NCBI GenBank assembly: GCA_963663035.1
Contig: OY760074.1
Coordinates: 576,001-640,000 of the forward strand
DNA: 64,000 nucleotides
From: Acidobacteriota bacterium
GTDB lineage: Bacteria; Acidobacteriota; UBA6911; RPQK01; JADFOI01
Direction of reading: 5' to 3'
Part shown: positions 52,254 through 61,667 of the stretch, one piece after another
Layout of the letters: each line of letters starts with the position of its first letter
Numbering within the stretch: the first letter of the stretch is position 1
Notes under the pieces: model-generated
Seen by the model: only the letters and a program-made list of their open reading frames with translations
Told to the model about the DNA's origin: nothing
Databases searched by the model: none
Position numbers and translations under genes: made by a program

Positions 52254-52269
52254 GATGGTAATCTAGAAT

Positions 52270-53073
52270 ATGATCCAGTCAGTTTGGAAGAGCGGCAGGA
52301 CGATTCATTCATCGCTTGTGCCGTATAAATGGCTCTTTTTCATAATCTTCTTCTTTGTCGGAGTTTATGTGGAATTAAGCAGACGAGGCCGTTCTGCGAC
52401 AGCGTGGGTTGAGAAGCCGGCAGCGGAAGGCTGCTGCGCTGGGTGAGCAGTTCGCGTGGCGGACGTAGCGGCTATCTCGAGCGTCCTTCAGGCAGGAGTC
52501 AGCCGTCAGTCCGTGCTGTTGATCCAGGGCGTACAGACACAGCAGCCCGGCATCGGAGGAGAGCCGGAGTCAGGGTTGTGCAACGTTTCATAACCCCTTT
52601 TATATCTAGCAAGTCTTGAGCAACTCCGATCTGAAACCAAGGTGGGAATCCAGGACTGAGATGGTAATCTAGAATATGATCCAGTCGTCGGAGTTTATGT
52701 GGAATTAAGCAGTGAGGATTCTCAGCAATCCACAGCAGAAAATTACGACCTGGAGGCTTCGTCCAACGAATCAAACAGACAGGCACACACTGTATCAGTC
52801 GGAGATGATGTGGTGCTGAAGTGGAGCGATTCAGAGCGGGCCGGCCATCTTGCCATCGATGACACGGCGTGGGATGCACTGTTTGAGGCTATCAATGCCA
52901 AGGACACTACCGGGCTGACCTAATTGGTGCAATCTGGGCAGGTACACGTGGTTCCTCCCGGAACGAGGGCCACGGTCCTGTTTTCAGGCTTCACCAGACA
53001 CGAAGTGAGGTTGATGGACGGGCCGTCTGCCGGAGCGGAAGGCTGGGTCGTCAGAGAGTTTGTGCAACGCTAG
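52270..53073 (+). pseudogene. Membrane-anchored hypothetical protein (SH3-like C-terminus), disrupted
   Basis: ORF from 52270 interrupted by an inserted/duplicated block; in-frame TAA at 52921; ends GAEGWVVREFVQR. Confidence 0.45.
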
Positions 53074-53112
53074 CAACTTTCGAAGTCGATCACCTGGGCA
53101 ACGGTCCAGGAA

Positions 53113-55674
53113 TCAAGTGAGGTTCGAAGTTCGCCTGGTGGAGAGAGCCAGGACCCCCAACGTATAAGCCAGGAGCGTCCCCAGGCTCACACCCCACAGT
53201 AGCAGCCCGCCTCCCACTTCGGGTTTTGGATAAAGGGTTCTTCCAGGAACTCCGACATAGGTGACTCCTGCCCAAAAGAAGGGATGTTGCCCTGTCACTT
53301 TGGCCGTGCCTCGTCGGAAGGTCTGATTCATGAAACGCAGCCGGGCCTGGGTGATAGCTTGATCCATGGGAAGCCCTTGCCTCGACAGGGCATAGAAATC
53401 ACGGTAAATGCGAGAGGCGATTTCATCCAACCTCCAGCGGTTCACCAAAAGAGACCGCACCCCGGTGTTTAAGAAGAGTTCGGAAAAGCCGAGCCAGTAA
53501 GGCGAATCAGAACTGTAGGCATTGCCCGCATCACACACGCCAAGAGAGAGCAGGGTGCAAGAGAGGGGGTGTTTCAAGAACCGAAGGACGTTCAGCTCCT
53601 CTGGACCATTGGCGAAACCTGACGCCAGCCAGAACCGATTGTCCAGACGAAAATGGGTCGAAATGTGAACCCATCGAGCGCCTGGAAGGAATTGGCCCTC
53701 CAATTGTTCTGCTACCTGAAGATCGGGAAAGAGGGTCTTGAAAAAGCTTTCTTCAGCTTGAATTTCTGGAAGATCCAAGGAGGAGATGGGTCGGATGAGA
53801 ATGGGAGCCGATGGGCTCGACGTTTCCTGCTGTGCATTTCCGTAAACTGAGGGAAGATAGCTAAAGTTGTAGTGCTCGAGCAGAAACTCTCCCCGCCGAT
53901 TTTGCAGCATCTCCAAGGGAAGAGTCTGTAACTCCTTGTGTCCAATGAAGAGGATACTGCTCGAATCAAAGAATCCTTCCAGAGGTTCGATCAGGTGGCT
54001 GTATACCAGCTGCAGCTGGCGAGAGTTCGGGGGAGGCGGAAGAGAGGAAAGCGCCGAATAGAGTGGATCGACAATTTCATGCACTGTCTCGGTGATCTCC
54101 TGGGGAAGAACCAGTTCCCGGAACACGTAGCCGGAAGATCGGATGACCCAGGCGTAGATGCTTCTTCCGTCGGGCCACATTTCGACTATCGTGAATGGCT
54201 GTGCTCCCTGGGAAGAGAGCATTTCAAAAATCGAGTCTGCTCTCAGCTCAATGGGGATTGCCGTTTCCCAGGGAGCCGGCAAGGGTCCTTGGGTTTCCAG
54301 CTTTCCAGCCAGGATAAACTGGCTCACCTCGTCCTCGTTAAACTGAACCGAAAAGACGCTTTCCGCTGCCCTCTGCCCTTTTCTCTTTCTCAGTTGAACC
54401 AGACGTTGAATCTCCTGCCAGGCTTCTTCGACACGCCCCAGACGAATCAGCGAGCGAATCCAGCCATCGAAAAGAGGGGAAACGGTGCGCCAGTACGGAA
54501 AGACGACTTCAGGAACCGATGTCATTTGCTCTTCTCTCAGAGTTGCGAAGTAGAGCTGAGAAGCTCTTTCATACTGACCATCCTTTTCCAGCCAGGCACC
54601 CAGGTGAAGTGCGGAGTCTCGCGTGAAGTATCTGAGACCGCTCTCCTGGCTCTCGCGAAGAGCTTCTTCAAAGTACCGATAGGCTTGAAGTCGCTCCCCA
54701 CTGTCCTGGAAGAATTGACCGAGCAATAGAGCTCGTTCAATACTCAGTGAAGGCAGTTGGGGCTGAAAGGAGAGCAGCCGGGTCAAGTGATCCCCAACTC
54801 CCAAGATCTTCCCTTCCAACAGTAAGAATTTGCCTGGTGACACCTCTTTGAGTTCGCGAGCCTGAGCAAGATGCTCAAGTGCCTGGGATGGCTCGTTTCG
54901 CTGATGAAGGAACGCGGAATAGTTGGCGTGCAGGTAAAATCGGTTCTCGGCGTCCAACGACTCTTCCGTGAGCCCAAAGGCTAGCTGGTAGTAGTGGTCA
55001 GCCTTATCCCAGAGACGCAGTTCTTCATAAAGGGCAGCCAGGTTGTTCCAGGAAGTCACCATACCCTCCCGAAAACCGATTGTGTGCCAGCGTTCAAGGG
55101 CCAGAGTGAAGGCATGAATACTGGCTTGAAAGTGGTCAGCAAACCAGAGAGAGTAACCGCGACTTTGAAAGATCAGTGCTTCAAGATAGGGTCGGTTTCT
55201 TGAACTGGCCACCGCTAGCGCCTGCCCGATCCATTCAAGACTTTGGGAGTAATCCTCCTGCTCGGCGAAAATCTCCGCGATGTAGTAGAGACAAAAGGCA
55301 ACCTCGCTGGTCAGACCCGTCTCTGCCATCAGGGCAGCGGCCTCTCGATAAAGGTCAACAGCCTGTGCGTAGTCACCCTCAGACCACGCCTTCCAGGCGA
55401 CAGTCTGAAGACGGAGGGAGGCCTGCTTGGAGGGTGAGTGGGTGAGAAGGGAGTCAAACGAGTGGTCGCCGGTTTCACTCATGATTGCCCTGACCTCGGT
55501 TCCGACCTCTGTTCCGATCAGGAAGGCTTCCCGAAGTTTTCGGTGAAGGTCAATGGGCGAGGTTTGATAGTGAGCCACCTGTCCCACTGAAAAGGTCACA
55601 GAAGAGAGCAGACAAAGCAGAGGGACGAGAGCCCCAGATCCATTACCGATTCTCGAGTTCTTCAAGTAGTTCAA
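53113..55674 (-). CDS. TPR-CHAT (caspase-like) protease with signal-like N-terminus and C-terminal TM helix
   Basis: TPRs; LQTLPLEML, VHISTH, LSLGVCDAG, LVNRWRLDE, HPFFWAG. Confidence 0.9.
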   Translation of the reverse strand: MNYLKNSRIGNGSGALVPLLCLLSSVTFSVGQVAHYQTSPIDLHRKLREAFLIGTEVGTEVRAIMSETGDHSFDSLLTHSPSKQASLRLQTVAWKAWSEGDYAQAVDLYREAAALMAETGLTSEVAFCLYYIAEIFAEQEDYSQSLEWIGQALAVASSRNRPYLEALIFQSRGYSLWFADHFQASIHAFTLALERWHTIGFREGMVTSWNNLAALYEELRLWDKADHYYQLAFGLTEESLDAENRFYLHANYSAFLHQRNEPSQALEHLAQARELKEVSPGKFLLLEGKILGVGDHLTRLLSFQPQLPSLSIERALLLGQFFQDSGERLQAYRYFEEALRESQESGLRYFTRDSALHLGAWLEKDGQYERASQLYFATLREEQMTSVPEVVFPYWRTVSPLFDGWIRSLIRLGRVEEAWQEIQRLVQLRKRKGQRAAESVFSVQFNEDEVSQFILAGKLETQGPLPAPWETAIPIELRADSIFEMLSSQGAQPFTIVEMWPDGRSIYAWVIRSSGYVFRELVLPQEITETVHEIVDPLYSALSSLPPPPNSRQLQLVYSHLIEPLEGFFDSSSILFIGHKELQTLPLEMLQNRRGEFLLEHYNFSYLPSVYGNAQQETSSPSAPILIRPISSLDLPEIQAEESFFKTLFPDLQVAEQLEGQFLPGARWVHISTHFRLDNRFWLASGFANGPEELNVLRFLKHPLSCTLLSLGVCDAGNAYSSDSPYWLGFSELFLNTGVRSLLVNRWRLDEIASRIYRDFYALSRQGLPMDQAITQARLRFMNQTFRRGTAKVTGQHPFFWAGVTYVGVPGRTLYPKPEVGGGLLLWGVSLGTLLAYTLGVLALSTRRTSNLT

Positions 55675-56329
55675 CAGCCTTTTGCCGATATTCGTTTGGC
55701 CCCTGGCGGACCAGCTCCCTGAGCGCCTCTTGAGCTTGCCTCTTTTGACCGGTCTTCAGATAGATGTTGGCTTTGTACCAGATCCCGACTGTTTCCCATT
55801 GATTATCGAGTTGTACGGCCTCAGCCAGCTGCTCCAGGGCCTGTGGATATTCCGCCAGCAAGTAGTGGGTGACTGCACTGTAGAAGAGAGTCTCGGCACT
55901 GGGAGGCAGCTGTGAAAACCATTCACTGGCCTCTCTGAACTGCTCTGCACTGTAGGCTGAAAAAGCTCTCTCACGGTTGTTTGTTTCCTGTCCTTCACTC
56001 TCTGAACGGGTCTGAAGGGGAAAATAGGGATACTTGCCCTCACTAGCCAGGCTTGCTATGTCGAGTGAGTCGATGCTTGACCTGTGCCAGACTTGATAAA
56101 AAGTGGGCACCAGGACCGCTATCAGCAGTCCTGCTGCCACAAGCCAGAACCGTTGAGTGTTTCGGCGGGAGGGATGCCTGTCACGGTAAACTCCTTCTAC
56201 CGCGGCCATCGTCTGAAGCCGTTCTCGACAAGTGGGACATCCTTCGATGTGCTTGAGAACGTGCTCTGTTTCCGAGCTCCCCAACTCCCCATGAAGGAAT
56301 TCAATTAGTGGAACTTGTTCACAACTCAT
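55643..56329 (-). CDS. Zinc-finger (zf-HC2) anti-sigma factor with TM helix and TPR
   Basis: HIEGCPTC, hydrophobic helix, C-terminal TPRs; directly downstream of the ECF sigma. Confidence 0.88.
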   Translation of the reverse strand: MSCEQVPLIEFLHGELGSSETEHVLKHIEGCPTCRERLQTMAAVEGVYRDRHPSRRNTQRFWLVAAGLLIAVLVPTFYQVWHRSSIDSLDIASLASEGKYPYFPLQTRSESEGQETNNRERAFSAYSAEQFREASEWFSQLPPSAETLFYSAVTHYLLAEYPQALEQLAEAVQLDNQWETVGIWYKANIYLKTGQKRQAQEALRELVRQGPNEYRQKAVELLEELENR

Positions 56330-56332
56330 CGT

Positions 56333-56917
56333 CTACCTTACCTTTTCGACAGTTTGATAGATCCCCTTGGCTTTCAGCCTGCGTCGGATGCGATCGATGC
56401 CTGCAGTCATGCGACTTCGGATAGTCGAGTAGGGAACTCCCTTTTCCTTGCAGAGATCCTTAATTTTCCGGTGATTTCGATTGAAGGTGATGTCGATGGC
56501 CTCTCTCTGTTCGGGAGGCAGTTCTTTTAAGGTCTTCCGGACTTTTTCCAGGATCGAGTTCTTTACCTCAGCCTTTTCCTTTTCCATGAGAAGGGTCAAT
56601 GGATTCGGAACATAGGGAGATCTGGAAGCAAGATTTTCGTCAGCGCAGTTGACGAAGCGAGCACTTCGCCGCCTATGGCAGCGGTAATGGTCGATGCTGG
56701 TATTGAGGACCACTTTCCGAATGTAATTGTAGGTCTCCTCTTGGGTGGAGAAGTGTATCTTTGCTTGCAGCAGCTTTCTAAAGGCTTCCTGCAGCACGTC
56801 ATCCACTCCCGACGGGTCGATCAGGATGTTACTGATGATGGACCGAAGAATCGCCTGATTCTTGTGCCAGAGCCGTTCCAGCATGCACAAAAAGCTTCGC
56901 AGAGACGGAACCGGCAA
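56333..56917 (-). CDS. ECF RNA polymerase sigma factor
   Basis: DDVLQEAF, NTSIDHYR, LPPEQRE, STIRSR. Confidence 0.92.
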   Translation of the reverse strand: MPVPSLRSFLCMLERLWHKNQAILRSIISNILIDPSGVDDVLQEAFRKLLQAKIHFSTQEETYNYIRKVVLNTSIDHYRCHRRRSARFVNCADENLASRSPYVPNPLTLLMEKEKAEVKNSILEKVRKTLKELPPEQREAIDITFNRNHRKIKDLCKEKGVPYSTIRSRMTAGIDRIRRRLKAKGIYQTVEKVR

Positions 56918-56993
56918 ACATTGAAGTCGATGGGGAAACCAAGCGAGGCATGCCCACTATAGGAGCAGTGAAAAGAGTTGTCAAGTTAGAAGA

Positions 56994-57125
56994 GAGGAGG
57001 TAGGAGGTAGGATAAAGACAGAACCGAGCAAAGAATTCTCGTAGTTTATTCTGACTTCCGACTTCCGACTCCTGACTCCTGACTCCTGCCTCCTACCTCC
57101 TACCTCCTGTCTCCTGCCTCCTTCT
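56994..57125. repeat. Heptamer arrays in inverted orientation
   Basis: gaggaggtaggaggtagga ... ctgactt ccgactt ccgactc ctgactc ctgactc ctgcctc ctacctc ctacctc ctgtctc ctgcctc. Confidence 0.85.
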
Positions 57126-57172
57126 GCCGATTGCTTTTTGGAAGGAGAGTCTTTTAACATAGGAACTAGCTC

Positions 57173-57661
57173 ATGGCGAAGCAAGTGACTGCGATTTACC
57201 CAGGCTCCTTTGACCCTGTCACCAATGGTCATTTAGATATCATTGAGAGAAGCCACAGAATTTTTGACCGCGTGATTGTGGCGGTACTTGCCAATGTAGA
57301 AAAGGAGCCCCTTTTCGAGATCGACAAGCGCCTGGAAATGTTGAGAGAGGTCACACAGGAATGGGATAATATTGAGGTTGAGACCTTTGAGGGATTGCTG
57401 GTCAAGTTCGCTGTCGCCCAGAAAGCCCAGGTTATCCTGCGAGGTATTCGAGCGGTTACTGACTATGAATACGAGTTTCAGATGGCGCTCATGAACCGCC
57501 AGATGCAGCCGGAGATTGAGACGGTTTTTATGGTGCCAGCGGAAGCTTATACCTATTTAAGTTCCAGGTTGGTGAAGGAGATCTTTAGTTTGGGAGGTTC
57601 TGTGAATGGTTTGGTTCCTTCTATAGTGGAGAAGTTCCTGAAAGAGAATAAGAGTCGGTGA
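57173..57661 (+). CDS. coaD: Phosphopantetheine adenylyltransferase
   Basis: IYPGSFDPVTNGH, RGIRAVTDYEYE, LSSRLVKE. Confidence 0.96.
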   Translation: MAKQVTAIYPGSFDPVTNGHLDIIERSHRIFDRVIVAVLANVEKEPLFEIDKRLEMLREVTQEWDNIEVETFEGLLVKFAVAQKAQVILRGIRAVTDYEYEFQMALMNRQMQPEIETVFMVPAEAYTYLSSRLVKEIFSLGGSVNGLVPSIVEKFLKENKSR

Positions 57662-57668
57662 GGAGTTA

Positions 57669-59096
57669 ATGGTGCCTTTCTTTCGCGATAGAGTTGTTTT
57701 TCTGCTCTGTTTTTCTGTGCTGGGTCTGGGCCTTCTTTCTTTTTCCTCCTTACCCTCTGGTGCGGATGTGGGGGATGTCATGGAACTTGAGGCGATGGTT
57801 ATTTGTGACCTCGAGGTTGACGAGCCCCCGATTGAGAGAGTTGAGCGTGTCATCGCGTCCAGGTCCACTTTCCAACAGACGTTGTTGGACTGGGGATTCA
57901 CGGCTGGAGCCATTCACCTTCTGGTTCAAGAAGTCAAACCGATCTATGATCTGAGCCGCGTCATGGCTGGACATCGCCTTGCCATTGGAAGAGCCTCCAA
58001 TGGTGCCTTCCACGACCTGGAATATCATATTGACAGTGAGGAATACCTCTCGGTGAGATATGACTCGGGACAGTATGTGGCTTCTCGCCATCCCTATGAT
58101 TTCCAAGTGGAGGTCGAGGAGTTCTATGGGGAGGTTGATAGCTCTCTGTGGGACACGCTGGTATCCCAGGGCGAATCGCCGCAGCTCGTTCAAGCTCTCC
58201 ATCAGATTTTTCAGTGGGACATCGATTTCACTGCGATTCGGCCTGGAGATTCGTTCAAGCTGATTTTTGGAAAAAAGTATCTCGATGGGGATTTTGTGCA
58301 ATACGGGGAGATTCTAGCAGTCCAGTTCACCAGTCGTGCTGGGGCTTTGTACGCTTTCCTGTTTGAGAGTCAACAGGGTGTGGGTTACTACCATGAGAAC
58401 GGTGGTGCCGTAAGAAAGCCCTTCCTGAAGGCGCCCTTTGACTTTGATCCCCGCATCACATCCAGCTTCTCCCATTCCCGTTTTCACCCCATTTTGAAGG
58501 TGAGACGCCCTCATCTTGGAGTGGACTACGGTGCTCCCAGGGGAACTCCAGTGTTAGCTTCAGCCGATGGAGTTGTGACCTTTGCTGGGAGAGAGGGGGG
58601 GGTTGGAAACTTGGTAGAGATTCGTCACCCGAATGGCTATGTCACGGGCTATGCTCATCTCTCTCGCATTGACGTGCGTTCTGGCCAAAGAGTCAGGCAG
58701 GGAGAACGAACTTGCCACAGGTCCCCATCTCCATTATCAGGTCCAGGACAGAAGCGGCAGAGAAATCAATCCTCGGGAACTCACGGCATTACCCTCGGAT
58801 GAGGCGGTCGAGAAAGAGGATTGGACTCAGTTTGTTACAGTTCGCGATGAGCTCATAGGACGGTCGGAGGAGTCGGATCCACCGGACTTGCCACAGGTCC
58901 CCATCTCCATTATCAGGTCCAGGACAGAAGCGGCAGAGAAATCAATCCTCGGGAACTCACGGCATTACCCTCGGATGAGGCGGTCGAGAAAGAGGATTGG
59001 ACTCAGTTTGTTACAGTTCGCGATGAGCTCATAGGACAGCTGGCAACCATTTCTGAGAAGGAGCCCCTTCTTGACCGCACTCCCCAAGCCGACTAG
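57669..59096 (+). pseudogene. M23-family peptidase (MepM-like) disrupted by a 152-bp duplication
   Basis: HPILKVRRPHLGVDYG, YAHLS, GSTGLATGPHLHY; duplicate 58710-58861 = 58886-59037; possibly an assembly error. Confidence 0.82.
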
Positions 59097-59097
59097 C

Positions 59098-59221
59098 GCG
59101 GGTGTTCAGGAAGGCCAAGCTCTTCGTTCTCCGCGCCCTTCGATCCTCGACGTAGCACAGGCTATGCCTGCGGTCGAAGGGCTTGTGCGGCCTCGATCTT
59201 GACCTCCCTGAGAACACCCGC
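59098..59221 (-). mobile_element. MITE-like palindromic element, TIR type D
   Basis: GCGGGTGTTC...GAACACCCGC ends; central ccGCA-GGCATAGC-ctgt-GCTACGTC-GAgg hairpin on the minus strand. Confidence 0.7.
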
Positions 59222-59254
59222 CAACAGAACTCCGGCATGTGAGAGGGAAAGCTC

Positions 59255-60118
59255 ATGACAACCGCCGTCCTGGTCTACAACCCCGCTGCGGGTCGATTCT
59301 CCCTTTCCGAAAAGCGACTGAAACTTTTGCTGGAGAACCTCGATCGCTATGGAATCCGAGGTGAGGCTGCCATGACTCGTCCTTCACAAGATCCTTCAAC
59401 CTGGCTGAACCTGAAGGATACGGACTTGTTGATCGTCTATGGTGGTGACGGAACCCTTCATGGGGTGATCGGACAAGCGGTGAAGTGGAAGGTTCCCGTA
59501 GCTCTTTTACCTGCAGGTACCACCAATGTACTTGCTCGGGAACTGGGTATCCCGAGGGATCCTGAGCAGGCTTTGTCGCTGGTGGAACGACGGAAATTGC
59601 AAAAGATCCATCTGGGGAAATCCAACGGAAAATATTTTCACCTGATGGCGGGCATCGGATTTGATGGCTATGTCATCTCTCAAATGAACCAACCCATGAA
59701 AAAGATTCTGGGCATCGGTGCTTATTGGTTGGCCGCTGCCGCTGCCGTTTTGAGATACCCTTTCCCTCCCTTTGAGTTGAAGATGGAAGGCGAAGTTCAC
59801 CAGGGGACCTTTGCAGTTATTGGTAACACGCGATATTACGGAGGAGAATTCCTGGTAACCCCTCGGGCCAGCGTGAAGGAAAGCTGCCTGGATGTGTGTC
59901 TGTTCACCGGTCGGCAAAGGTGGCGTTATCTTTCTTATTTCTTGGGAGTGCTCTCTGGAAAGCACCTTCGTTTTCACGACGTCATTTATCGAAAGGTTCA
60001 GCGCGTCGAAGTATTGAGTGACAACTCCGTTCCCATTCAGATGGATGGCGAACTCATTGGCCATGGCCCAATGGAATTTGTTTCCTCCAGTGAAAGTCTA
60101 GAGGTGGTTGTGCCTTGA
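59255..60118 (+). CDS. Diacylglycerol kinase family lipid kinase
   Basis: NPAAG, GGDGT, PAGTTN, YYGG, QMDGE. Confidence 0.92.
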   Translation: MTTAVLVYNPAAGRFSLSEKRLKLLLENLDRYGIRGEAAMTRPSQDPSTWLNLKDTDLLIVYGGDGTLHGVIGQAVKWKVPVALLPAGTTNVLARELGIPRDPEQALSLVERRKLQKIHLGKSNGKYFHLMAGIGFDGYVISQMNQPMKKILGIGAYWLAAAAAVLRYPFPPFELKMEGEVHQGTFAVIGNTRYYGGEFLVTPRASVKESCLDVCLFTGRQRWRYLSYFLGVLSGKHLRFHDVIYRKVQRVEVLSDNSVPIQMDGELIGHGPMEFVSSSESLEVVVP

Positions 60119-60135
60119 GGGGTAGCCGCTAGCCT

Positions 60136-60290
60136 CTAGCCCGCAGTTCTCACACCCGCTCTACTACATCGGCGCAATGATCCGACCTGACTGCGTTGCG
60201 CGACCCGCACAAGCGGGTACCCCTCGCGCGCCTTGTCAGGCCGGGCCTTCCGCCGCTTCGCGACGACCTGGTGTGAGAACTGCGGGCTAG
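60136..60290 (-). mobile_element. MITE-like element, TIR type A
   Basis: Perfect 21-bp inverted ends CTAGCCCGCAGTTCTCACACC/GGTGTGAGAACTGCGGGCTAG. Confidence 0.88.
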
Positions 60291-60862
60291 TTCTCCGGTC
60301 TGAGCGTCTTTTCTCCAAGAAACTTGATCTGAAGGACGTCGAAATCCTCCCAAAGATTGGGACTGTCAACGTTAATCCTGTCAATTTTCTCCGCCAGCGC
60401 GTCATAATCGATGCAGTCGAGAGCCTCGAGTTGAAACCGATCCTTTCCAAGATCGATGGCGATCCGTGTCGGTTCGGAAAACTCGTCAAATTGACCCAAC
60501 AGGTCCAGACCGATAAAGCTGTCTCCCCGGATCTTAAGATATTGCATGAGATAATCCTCGCCAGGAACCCCCGTGTACATCGAGAATCTTTCCACCACCG
60601 CTTCCTCACCCTGCTGGTTGTAGATGTAAATCTCTTGGGGTCGGAAGTCCCATCCACCCGGTGAGAAGGTGATGATATTGAGGATCGGTACGATCTCTCC
60701 TTTCGGGTCCTCCAAGATCTCGACCGTCCAGATGTTTTGGTCGTCGATAAAGGCGTGACACCGAGATACTTCAGGAGAGGCTTTTTCAAGTGATTGAGCC
60801 GAGACCCATCCGGAAGCTACAAACAGCAGGCAACCCAAGAATAGTTTTCTCATTCGTTCCAT
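60287..60862 (-). CDS. Secreted hypothetical protein
   Basis: Signal-peptide-like N-terminus; downstream of pyrF. Confidence 0.7.
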   Translation of the reverse strand: MERMRKLFLGCLLFVASGWVSAQSLEKASPEVSRCHAFIDDQNIWTVEILEDPKGEIVPILNIITFSPGGWDFRPQEIYIYNQQGEEAVVERFSMYTGVPGEDYLMQYLKIRGDSFIGLDLLGQFDEFSEPTRIAIDLGKDRFQLEALDCIDYDALAEKIDRINVDSPNLWEDFDVLQIKFLGEKTLRPEN

Positions 60863-60881
60863 TTTAACTGAGATCGATGAT

Positions 60882-61607
60882 TTATCCGGTATGAATTTGT
60901 CTAAGAAGTGTTTGAGCTGCCTGGACTGGATCGGGTGATTGAGTGATCGGTCGGCCAACCACCAGATAATCTGCACCTTCTTCGAGAGCCTCAGAAGCTG
61001 TCATGGTGCGCCGTTGGTCATCCGTTCCCGCCTCTGCTGACCGAATTCCCGGTGTCACGAAGAGAAGTCCCTCGAGCCCTGCCTCTCGGAGCAGACGCAG
61101 TTCGCGTGGTGAGGAGACGATTCCGTCCATCCCAGCTGCTTGAGCGGATTTCGCCAGTCGCAAAACCTCTTGATCCAAGGGATGGTCAATGCCCAGGGAA
61201 AGAAGCGCCTTCGGATCAATGCTGGTCAAGATGGTGACAGCCAAAAGCTTGGGACAGGGCCAGCCTTCTCGGCGAGAGTATTCTTGTAGCGTTTCACGCG
61301 TCTGTCGCATCATGACTTCGCCGCCCAGGCTGTGGAGGGTCATCATGCGCACGCCCAGCCGCCCTGCTTCCACGGCAGCCTGAGTGACCGTATTGGGAAT
61401 ATCGTGGAACTTGAGATCCAAGAACACCTCGGCGCCTTCTTGAAGGATCTTTTTGATTATGGTTGGCCCGGCAGCAGTGTAAAGTTGGAGACCGACCTTG
61501 AAGTAAGCGACCTGATCCTTCAGCTTCCGCACCAATTCAATGGCCTCCTCTTGCGCAGAAACATCAAGAGCTAGAATCAATCGCTTGGCCTTGGCATTCA
61601 GTGGCAT
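60882..61607 (-). CDS. pyrF: Orotidine-5'-phosphate decarboxylase
   Basis: LALD, FLDLKFHDIPNT, TPGIR, VVGRPI. Confidence 0.96.
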   Translation of the reverse strand: MPLNAKAKRLILALDVSAQEEAIELVRKLKDQVAYFKVGLQLYTAAGPTIIKKILQEGAEVFLDLKFHDIPNTVTQAAVEAGRLGVRMMTLHSLGGEVMMRQTRETLQEYSRREGWPCPKLLAVTILTSIDPKALLSLGIDHPLDQEVLRLAKSAQAAGMDGIVSSPRELRLLREAGLEGLLFVTPGIRSAEAGTDDQRRTMTASEALEEGADYLVVGRPITQSPDPVQAAQTLLRQIHTG

Positions 61608-61667
61608 AGGTCACTTCCAGCGACCATAGAATAACACACTACACCTGTACCCGATGGTGCCCGTGTT

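Noticed and set aside
53113-55674. CHAT gene as part of a type III-E CRISPR or gasdermin defence locus
   Set aside because: No cas, array or gasdermin-like ORF nearby
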